A DNA stretch of 64,000 bases, taken from NCBI GenBank assembly GCA_023485845.1, contig JAMCZE010000010.1:89448-153447 (forward strand). Reading direction: 5' to 3'. Below the pieces are notes generated by a model. The model was not told the DNA's origin. It did not search any database and worked only from the letters and a program-made list of their open reading frames with translations. Shown in pieces: positions 57,090-64,000 of the stretch; positions within the stretch are counted from its first letter, which is position 1; each line of letters begins with the position of its first letter. This DNA comes from Patescibacteria group bacterium. GTDB taxonomy: Bacteria > Patescibacteriota > Microgenomatia > JAMCZE01. The position numbers were made by a program, and so were the translations under genes.

Positions 57090-57641
57090 ATGAAGCGTGG
57101 ATTCTCGTCCGTTATTGCCGTTGCCCTGGTGGCCGCTTTGGGCGTTGCCTCATTGTTGTTTATTTTTCTGGTGGCTCGGTCCGGCCCGGGCACCACCCAG
57201 TCCCAAGCCACCCCCATTGTCACCGACACTTTGCCGCCGGTGGCGCCGATCACCCAAGCCACTCCTGCCGCCCAACCAATCGCCCCGACTCCGATCCCCG
57301 TTGCCTCAGTGGCCGCCGGTCCCAGTGTCACCAATAACAACATTGCCACCGTCACTAATCTCACGCCCGACGCTTTCACCGTCCAAACCATGCTTTCCAC
57401 CGACCGGACAACGTTTGTGATTGATTTTTCTTCCCAGGATTGGTCCGGCATCAGCACCATCACCTACACGCTATCTTACGACACGACCAGCGCCGCTTCC
57501 GGACGGGTTATCTCCGGCACCTTCACCCCATCATCGGTTTTGTCTAACCGCAAGACTTTAACTCTGGGAACCTGCTCACAAGGAGTTTGCACCTATGACA
57601 TCTATCCTCACAATTTCCGCCTCACCGTGTCCGGAAGTTAA
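57090..57641 (+). CDS. Membrane-anchored Pro/Thr-rich hypothetical protein
   Basis: MKRGFS + TM (pilin-like N-terminus), LGTCS.GVC.Y C-terminal motif. Confidence 0.7.
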   Translation: MKRGFSSVIAVALVAALGVASLLFIFLVARSGPGTTQSQATPIVTDTLPPVAPITQATPAAQPIAPTPIPVASVAAGPSVTNNNIATVTNLTPDAFTVQTMLSTDRTTFVIDFSSQDWSGISTITYTLSYDTTSAASGRVISGTFTPSSVLSNRKTLTLGTCSQGVCTYDIYPHNFRLTVSGS

Positions 57642-57880
57642 ATCCCAATTAAATGCCTATTTCGAAAAGCAAATCCGGACCCAGACTTGAGATATTTTTC
57701 AAAAGCCAGTGCTTTATGCTTGGATTTAAAAGCGGTATAACCAATCAGTTCGCAAGGTAAAAATCTCTTAGTCGTAGCATCCTGACCGGTTTGGTGTTCA
57801 TGGTATCTTCTTTTGAGATCTTCAGTAAAGCCAACATAAGTTTCTTTGTTGGTGAGACTTAGAAGATAAACGTAATACAT
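57638..57880 (-). CDS. GIY-YIG nuclease family protein
   Basis: YYVYLL...YVG.T.DL.RR..EH, A..FE.YLKSGSG. Confidence 0.92.
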   Translation of the reverse strand: MYYVYLLSLTNKETYVGFTEDLKRRYHEHQTGQDATTKRFLPCELIGYTAFKSKHKALAFEKYLKSGSGFAFRNRHLIGI

Positions 57881-57886
57881 TTATTT

Positions 57887-57968
57887 GCCCTCCTTCGCTG
57901 AAGCTACGGACGGCCCTACACTATTTATATCGTAGGGCGCAGCCCTACGAAGCTTTAGCGGAGTAGGG
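57887..57968. repeat. Inverted pair of REP-like palindromes (REPIN/BIME-like)
   Basis: CCTCCTTCGCTGAAGCTACGGACGG and CCCTACGAAGCTTTAGCGGAGTAGGG (revcomp CCCTACTCCGCTAAAGCTTCGTAGGG). Confidence 0.7.
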
Positions 57969-58053
57969 TGCCGAGGCTAGGATTCGCACCTAGGTAGCCC
58001 TTTCGAGCGCCAGATTTACAGTCTGGTGTGATTGTCTGCTCCACCACCTCGGC
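57969..58053 (-). tRNA. tRNA-Tyr (GTA)
   Basis: GCCGAGG/CCTCGGC acceptor; CCAGA-CTGTAAA-TCTGG; long variable arm. Confidence 0.95.
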
Positions 58054-58071
58054 TTAGGAGCTAATTATAGC

Positions 58072-58224
58072 TTATTTCCTCACCTTCTGTCGCCGGCGCT
58101 CCCGTTCCACAGTCCGTTCCTTTTTGTCAGCTGTAATTTTGACCCGGCGCCACAATCTATATAGTCTTTGCTCATAGCTTCGCCAGCTCTGCGCCGCTTG
58201 CTCCAAGCCTTTCAACTTATTCAT
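58072..58224 (-). CDS. Small basic protein, 50 aa (not in ORF track)
   Basis: ATG overlaps hydrolase stop; MNKLKGLEQAAQSWRSYEQRLYRLWRRVKITADKKERTVERERRRQKVRK. Confidence 0.4.
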   Translation of the reverse strand: MNKLKGLEQAAQSWRSYEQRLYRLWRRVKITADKKERTVERERRRQKVRK

Positions 58225-59170
58225 TCTTCTTAAAGAAGTTCAGCGTGTCGGCCACGGCGGCGTTCCAGTCCGGGACCATGTTATGGTTCGCCCCCGGGTA
58301 GACGATATAATTTTCAATTTTCAATTTTAATTTTTCATTTAATTTATCTGACCAGCTTTTGGGAACCCACTCATCGGCTCCTGCCTGTTGCAACAGAATT
58401 GGCGCGTTAATCCAGCCGTAGAAGTTAGGAGTTGAATACTTTTCCACATCATAAAGCGCTTCAAATCTTGCCAAGGCAGCCCGCAGCCATTTCCCATGAT
58501 CGGCATAAGTGTTAGTGAAAAAGAGAATGTTATACGGGAACGATTCGGACACCGGGTTCCAAAGAACCGTGGGATAGTCCGCCCCCGTTATTTCTAAAAC
58601 CGATAAGGCGATTTGACCCCCATTACTGTGTCCCCAGATCATTAATTTTGCATTTTGATTTTTGAATTTTGAATTTTGCTCGATTGAAGCAATGAGATCG
58701 AGCGTCACGGTGTAGGTTTGAAACCGGTCGGCAAAGACATCGGGCACGGATTTATCCGAGGTGCCATAGCCGAAAAAGTCTGGAGCATAGGTGGTGAAAC
58801 CGTTTTTGGCTAACACCGCCGCCACTGGTTGGGTGCCAAAGCCGGGGAAATACTCTCCCAAATCGGCCGAACCGTGAAGCATCACGACATAGCCGCGAAA
58901 TTTTCCCTGCGCGTAGTTAACCGTTCCGGAAACCCGCCGCCCGTCGGAAAAATAGTGGAATAGGCCATTGCCGTCGTCAATCAGATGGCTGGCCTTCCCG
59001 CCGCGCTTTTTGAGGTTTTCAAAGGTGTATTGGTCCAGCGGCCGAGCCACGATTGTCCCGACCGGAGATTTGATGGTGATCTCCCCCATCTGATGCCAGC
59101 CCCACACCGCCGCCGCCAGGATAGCGACCAGAAGAACCAGAATTAAAGAAATTAATTTTTTATTCTTCAC
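58217..59170 (-). CDS. Membrane-anchored alpha/beta hydrolase (S9-like)
   Basis: HG, PD..GYG.SD, WGHSNGG nucleophile elbow, D..VP, H. Confidence 0.88.
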   Translation of the reverse strand: MKNKKLISLILVLLVAILAAAVWGWHQMGEITIKSPVGTIVARPLDQYTFENLKKRGGKASHLIDDGNGLFHYFSDGRRVSGTVNYAQGKFRGYVVMLHGSADLGEYFPGFGTQPVAAVLAKNGFTTYAPDFFGYGTSDKSVPDVFADRFQTYTVTLDLIASIEQNSKFKNQNAKLMIWGHSNGGQIALSVLEITGADYPTVLWNPVSESFPYNILFFTNTYADHGKWLRAALARFEALYDVEKYSTPNFYGWINAPILLQQAGADEWVPKSWSDKLNEKLKLKIENYIVYPGANHNMVPDWNAAVADTLNFFKKNE

Positions 59171-59201
59171 ACAATTATGATATCATCTCTTTGGAAGTTG
59201 T

Positions 59202-59273
59202 GCCGGGATGGCTCAGTGGCAGAGCGAGTCATTGGTAATGACTAGGTCGTGGGTCCGATTCCCACTCTCGGCT
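59202..59273 (+). tRNA. tRNA-Thr (GGT)
   Basis: GCCGGGA/TCTCGGC acceptor; AGTCA-TTGGTAA-TGACT. Confidence 0.95.
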
Positions 59274-59296
59274 CCGTTTTCTGATATAATACCACT

Positions 59297-60118
59297 ATGG
59301 GTCACAAGGATTCAGAAGTCTATGAACGGCGCAATCCCTTCGAGAACGAAGAGATTCTAAAAAAACTAGCTCATATCACTGACATCGCCATTAAAGCGGG
59401 TATTCCCGTGGAGCAAATTGTCCATGTCGGGGGTATTGCCCCAATGATTCACACCTGCATCGCCACCGGCAGTGCCCGATATGCCATCAACTGGCGGGGC
59501 ACCCGCGACCTGGACTTTGCCCTGACAATAAATAATGGTCCCCAACGCTTGGCTGACGCTTTGGAAGGTGCCGGTGTGCAAGTCACCAACCGGCGGCCAT
59601 CGAAAAGTATCCCCCATAAACACGCTGTTGAGATCGAACTCACAACCGGAAAAGGATTGTTTCCCTCCGGAAGGATCCTGGAAATCGACGTCTATGGCGG
59701 TGACTCCAAGGGCAGAGCTCGGATTAACGATCGGATTGCTCACCCATACCCGGGAAAATTTATCCGTGACCAGGCAATAACTCACACATGTTGGGGGCAC
59801 CAATTCACTGTCCCCAGCCTGATTGACACCTTAACTCTAAAAATGGACGTGGCAAAGGAAACCGACCGGCCGAAGGACACAATTGACATTTCTTCTCTCA
59901 TCTTCTCCGCCGAGCAATCCGGAGTGGCACCAGGCGACCTAATTAAGGCTCTAACGGAAGCTTATTCCACTCATGGCATTCCCCACCCAACCTGGACACT
60001 TCAGGTGGCACCAACCCTGAGAGCAATCATTGATAAAACACCCAACCTCAGAAGGTTTGACTTCGCTCCGGTAGCATCCCGGGGCTATATCAGCAAAATA
60101 GCCGAGTCAATAAAGTAG
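59297..60118 (+). CDS. Nucleotidyltransferase-fold protein (AbiEii/DUF1814-like)
   Basis: VGG.A, R.TRDLDF, EIDV, K......R.KD..D. Confidence 0.65.
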   Translation: MGHKDSEVYERRNPFENEEILKKLAHITDIAIKAGIPVEQIVHVGGIAPMIHTCIATGSARYAINWRGTRDLDFALTINNGPQRLADALEGAGVQVTNRRPSKSIPHKHAVEIELTTGKGLFPSGRILEIDVYGGDSKGRARINDRIAHPYPGKFIRDQAITHTCWGHQFTVPSLIDTLTLKMDVAKETDRPKDTIDISSLIFSAEQSGVAPGDLIKALTEAYSTHGIPHPTWTLQVAPTLRAIIDKTPNLRRFDFAPVASRGYISKIAESIK

Positions 60119-60272
60119 GCCTTGACTCGTTCATATCAACCCCCTAGAATTCTAGCAGTAGATCGTTAGAAAAGGGCTCCCGCAAGGGTCGACTCTATTC
60201 GAAAATCGTCGATTTTGTCGTGGAGTTTTTTTATATCCAAAAAAGTATAACTATAGGAGGGGGTGACAGATT

Positions 60273-60431
60273 ATGTCAGAAAATAAACCAGCCAAACAGC
60301 GCAAAGATGAAGCCATAAAAGCGGTGCAGCGTGAGCAGGCAGAATTGCTGCGCCAGGAATTACAAGCCGGACACAGGCAGGTTGTGTCGCCGGTAATCGA
60401 ACCGGAGAAGAAAGACGCTGTTAGCGCCTAA
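60273..60431 (+). CDS. Small hypothetical protein, 52 aa (not in ORF track)
   Basis: SD AGGAGGGGGTGA; MSENKPAKQRKDEAIKAVQREQAELLRQELQAG... Confidence 0.5.
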   Translation: MSENKPAKQRKDEAIKAVQREQAELLRQELQAGHRQVVSPVIEPEKKDAVSA

Positions 60432-60464
60432 AAAAATTAACCAAAAGTCAGGGGGTGAAAATTT

Positions 60465-60677
60465 ATGCAAGTCATAAACAATTGTGAGGGGTGTATATCA
60501 GAACATGCTGGTGTCAGACCTCCAAAAGGGGTGTGTGAAGCCTGTTGGAGAGTTTCCGTGAGGAATATGCGCGATGATGATGCGCATAGTACAAGTGTCA
60601 AGGCCGAAACGATAGGTCTTGTCACAGCAAGCCAAATTCGAATACAAGGTGGAGGTAGAATAGTAACTCAATTATAA
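60465..60677 (+). CDS. Small CxxC..CxxC protein
   Basis: GGGGGTGA SD; CEGC...CEAC. Confidence 0.5.
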   Translation: MQVINNCEGCISEHAGVRPPKGVCEACWRVSVRNMRDDDAHSTSVKAETIGLVTASQIRIQGGGRIVTQL

Positions 60678-60682
60678 TTATT

Positions 60683-61624
60683 TTATACCTCTATTCTCTT
60701 AATCGTTGGGTTGAAGTGGACTAGGAGATCATAAGGGATCGTGCCGGCTTGCCGGGCAGTTTTTTTAATGTCCGGATAGATGTCCCAGTCGTCTCCCCGC
60801 CGGACCCGCCGTCCGGTCGCGTCCACCGTCGTCATGTTCATGTTCACCCGGCCGACAATCGGCGGCACATTAGAGAGGCGTCGGTCCACCCCTTCGTTAT
60901 AGCCCGCCGGCAAAAGCGCCAGCGTCATGTCTTTTTTAGCAGTAAAGGCAAAATCATAACCCACCCGGTCCCCCTTCTTAATCTTTTTAATCTGAACAAT
61001 TTTGGCAATAAAACGCAGGGCCGGCCGGTGTAAATATAACTCCAGCCCCACCCGCCGGACGTTAACGCCGTGCACCCATTTTGGGGAGATAATTTTTCGG
61101 GCTTGGTTAAAAACCCGCCATTGTCCCGGATCATCGGCAACGGCAAAATGGGTCATTAAACCGGCAATTCGTGAATTCCTGTTATGTCTGACAATGTCTG
61201 ATAGTTCTTCTAAATTCATCCCCTCCCGGTTCATCCCGGTGTCCACAAACAAATGGATCGGGGCCTGGGGTTGATATTTTTTAATCATCAAGAAAGTTTC
61301 CCGGTCATAAGCGGCAAAAGCAAACGGCAACCGTTTATGTTTCAGGTTGTTTTCCCCGACATAGCCCATGATTAAAATTTCGCTTTTAATCCCCGCTTTA
61401 GAAAGTTCATAGGCTTCATAGAGGCTGTCCACGCACAAAAACGGCGGGTTTAGTTTCTCGAAGATTTTGGCGGTTAACACTAACCCGTGGCCGTAGGCAT
61501 TGCTTTTAAGAACCGGGCCCACCGGCATTTTTGCCGACAACGCCCGGTAGTTTTGCGCCAGAATTGCCCCATTAACTTCAATCCGGCACAAATTGTCATA
61601 TTGCCCAAACATCGGAACTTTCAC
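60683..61624 (-). CDS. alr: Alanine racemase (shortened)
   Basis: VLKSNAYGHG, DTGMNREG, MTHFA, VGY, GY..G, GRV.M, GTIPY. Confidence 0.93.
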   Translation of the reverse strand: MKVPMFGQYDNLCRIEVNGAILAQNYRALSAKMPVGPVLKSNAYGHGLVLTAKIFEKLNPPFLCVDSLYEAYELSKAGIKSEILIMGYVGENNLKHKRLPFAFAAYDRETFLMIKKYQPQAPIHLFVDTGMNREGMNLEELSDIVRHNRNSRIAGLMTHFAVADDPGQWRVFNQARKIISPKWVHGVNVRRVGLELYLHRPALRFIAKIVQIKKIKKGDRVGYDFAFTAKKDMTLALLPAGYNEGVDRRLSNVPPIVGRVNMNMTTVDATGRRVRRGDDWDIYPDIKKTARQAGTIPYDLLVHFNPTIKRIEV

Positions 61625-61689
61625 TATACCATCCCTTAATAAAAATCAAAAGGCTTTACAAAAAAATTTAATTGCTTCAGGATTAATTT

Positions 61690-61941
61690 ATGGAACGGTC
61701 ACGAGACGACAGGGGCAATCGGCGCAATCACCACAAACACTACGAACAAACCCTACAACAAAAATTTTTCTCTCCGGGTGAACAAAAAGATCCCTCACGA
61801 AGTCACCGTGGTCGGAAAGGCTTGTTTACAGGAATCTGGAAGCACGGCGGTCCAAGACATAAGGATGTGGAGCAAGCCAAACATGACCGTCTAACTCTTC
61901 TGGCCCCCGTTTTAGAAAATCCCAACGAAAATCAGGTATAA
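61690..61941 (+). CDS. Hypothetical protein
   Basis: 83-aa basic ORF. Confidence 0.35.
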   Translation: MERSRDDRGNRRNHHKHYEQTLQQKFFSPGEQKDPSRSHRGRKGLFTGIWKHGGPRHKDVEQAKHDRLTLLAPVLENPNENQV

Positions 61942-61951
61942 TTAGAAGGAT

Positions 61952-62022
61952 AGGGCTATAGTTCAATGGCAGAACGGTGGTCTCCAAAACCATTAATGGT
62001 AGTTCGACTCTACCTGGCCCTG
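61952..62022 (+). tRNA. tRNA-Trp (CCA)
   Basis: AGGGCTA/TGGCCCT acceptor; GTGGT-CTCCAAA-ACCAT; GTTCGACTC. Confidence 0.95.
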
Positions 62023-62524
62023 CACAGCTGGATTTTGAAGCCACAAGGACTCCAATTGGGCCGTTGATATGCCCTGTTTTTCAGGTTCGAACTCTCCTGA
62101 AGCTGTCGGTTCCACCTTTATAATCTCTCCAAAGAATAAATATGGCCTTTGCACGTCCAGATGCAACGTTTGACCTTCTAAAATTAGGTTCGAACCAATT
62201 GTGTTGAGGATGTCCCGCTTCTCCTCCAAACTCCCTATGGAAAATTTGTAACGGGCTTGCACGGCGAAATCCAAGGCTCTTTCCAAGTTCTCGATCCAAT
62301 TCTCAATCCGCTTGCCGGTATTACCCATTCGCTCTTCTAGCTGTCGTTTTTCGCTAACAATAGATTCCTTTTGGGACTTAAATTCGTCATCCGAAAGCAA
62401 TGAACCATCAGTATTCTGCGGAGAAATTTTTAATTTAACTAAATTATCCAACCTTTGAATACAACTATCATAATTCTTTTGCACTTCTTGTAGAACGGTG
62501 TTTCTATCTTGAACCTCTTCTGTA

Positions 62525-63065
62525 GTGACACTCCTCGCAGCAAGCTGCGAGGCATCTGCATTGCTAAAATAGCCTGAGTTGGTCTTTTGATATTTGGACA
62601 TAGTCTTTTGGTCTTCCTTGGTTTCTGATGTACTTTTGGATGACTGTCTCAGAATTGCTTCGTCCTACTGAATTTACGAAATACCCGTCAGTCCAAAACT
62701 GGGCTCCCCAAAGGCTTTCCCTCAACCCGGCAACTCGTTTGAGAAGTTCCCGGGCCAGGATACTTTTGACCGTTCTGGCAATTTTGGTAGGAGAATATGT
62801 AGGCACTGACTGGATCAAAAAATGGACATGATCACCGTCGGCCCCAATCTCCACAAAATGCATCTCGTACCTTTGGGAAATTTCCTGACAGATCTGTTTT
62901 AGTTGGGCATCCACCTCTGTCGAGATCACGAGTTGCCTTCCCTTGGCCACACAAACCAGATGGTACAAAAGCACCGAGACATTGTGCGCTTTGTGTATGT
63001 AGATACTCACGCATACAATTTTACCCTCTCGCGGCAAAGCCGCGGGGAATGAACCCTAAAAGAGA
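62525..63065 (-). mobile_element. IS200/IS605-family element (tnpA only, ~541 bp)
   Basis: Subterminal hairpins CGCGGC-TTT-GCCGCG and CCTCGCAGC-AA-GCTGCGAGG; inserted after TTGAA, ends TCAC, no target duplication. Confidence 0.88.
62564..63010 (-). CDS. tnpA: IS200 Y1 HUH transposase
   Basis: YHLV...K.R, DHVHFL (HUH), LWG..FW..GYF, KYIRNQ. Confidence 0.95.
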   Translation of the reverse strand: MSIYIHKAHNVSVLLYHLVCVAKGRQLVISTEVDAQLKQICQEISQRYEMHFVEIGADGDHVHFLIQSVPTYSPTKIARTVKSILARELLKRVAGLRESLWGAQFWTDGYFVNSVGRSNSETVIQKYIRNQGRPKDYVQISKDQLRLF

Positions 63066-64000
63066 TTCAATTCGTTAAAATACTTCAGCGCCCATTGTTT
63101 AAACTCATCACTAATTCCCGAATGCCTTAATATTTCATCAACCTGTGGTTCGAGTTTTTCTAATCTAACCGACTTTTCCTTACAGTCCGGATTTATTTTT
63201 CGTGTGCAATGATAATAAATGTAATTAAGAATTGTAGGGTTGTCCATATTCTCCACTCTGGTATTGCATTTGGGACAAGCTTCTCTGTTAAGAGATGAAA
63301 ATTTGTTATGGCAGATCGTACAAATGGTCTGCCACTTTTCTTCGGCGGTGATTGCCGACCCACAGACGCAACGAATCAAACAAGTAAAAGCAAATGTTTT
63401 ATGTTTTGGTTTGGGCAGATATTTAGCTCCAAGGAGCATTTGAACCCTGGTAAACTCTTCTTCTGTCAGCATTACTTTACCCCGCCATTTATGCCAGTTA
63501 CCACTCCCCGTCGGATATTCAAACCAACCACAATAAAATCGAGTGTGAAACATTACATATAACTCACTCAAATGCATGGGTTTACCACCTAGTTTGCCTC
63601 TTAATGGTGTTCGGTATCCCCATTCATTATTAAGTAAGGCTAAAATTTGTGGAACACGATACTTTCCGGTAAGCATTGCCCGCCAAGCCTTTTCAATAAG
63701 TTCGTACGTTCCGGGAATAGGGATCAAATCTTTCTCACCTTGCGGTGCCAGTGGATCATAACGATAGCCCGGTTGCTGACTACCAACATACATTCCTTGT
63801 TGTGATTTCTCTTTTAAACCACGTCTGACGTTTACCCCTTTGTCATCCGACTCCTTTTTACTCATCATAAAACACATTGCCAGCCAGCTCTTGTCATCTG
63901 GAGTATTTGTGTACATTTTTCCTGGCTTTCTTATCTCTACAATCTGACCAAGATCAATCATATAAATTACCCTGCCACCATCAAACGAGTTTCTGGCAAT

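Larger units (their letters stand above)
61993..64000 (-). pseudogene. Large serine recombinase interrupted by IS200-like element; N-terminus outside window
   Basis: ES.......RG....A-type helix, PGY, FYCG, zinc ribbon, YYHC, C-terminal coiled coil and EKR..L..IGSN. Confidence 0.85.

Noticed and set aside
61993-62601. Independent 202-aa gene
   Set aside because: It is the C-terminal part of the IS-interrupted recombinase; its first ~26 codons are IS sequence.

Overview
64 kb of a bacterial chromosome using genetic code 11. The reduced housekeeping proteins, apparently leaderless genes and many orphan ORFs point to Patescibacteria/CPR, Microgenomates-like (an inference). The backbone is housekeeping: a MacAB-type exporter, hisS, rpmE-prfA, degP/ctpA, rpsF-ssb-rpsR, ychF, cysS, dnaX-ybaB-recR, proS, rpsB-tsf-frr, glyA-folD, topA, dprA, mreBC(D)-pbp2, def/fmt, rpmB, alr and five tRNAs (His, Thr x2, Tyr, Trp). 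Most notable: (1) A pervasive family of degenerate 7-9-nt-period repeats. It appears as ~90-150 bp quasi-palindromes at operon junctions, as in-frame tracts inside about ten conserved genes, and as inverted arms around a GxxExxY (PD-(D/E)XK) gene, suggesting an autonomous/non-autonomous palindromic element system. (2) A thymidylate island (thyA, tdk, dut, two NUDIX genes) with unusual HD-thymidylate kinase and HD-ParB/Srx fusions next to glyA/folD. (3) A ~1 kb cassette bounded by a diverged duplicate of the dprA 3' end, carrying an RNase H-fold (DUF3800-like) gene and a convergent promoter-driven hairpin RNA. (4) A GHKL/MORC-like ATPase plus double-HTH gene pair separating def and fmt. (5) A large serine recombinase overlapping tRNA-Trp and cleanly interrupted by an IS200-type element. 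(6) Two unannotated structured ncRNA candidates, REP-like palindromes and small Cys-rich ORFs. All calls come from reading motifs by eye; no database searches were run.
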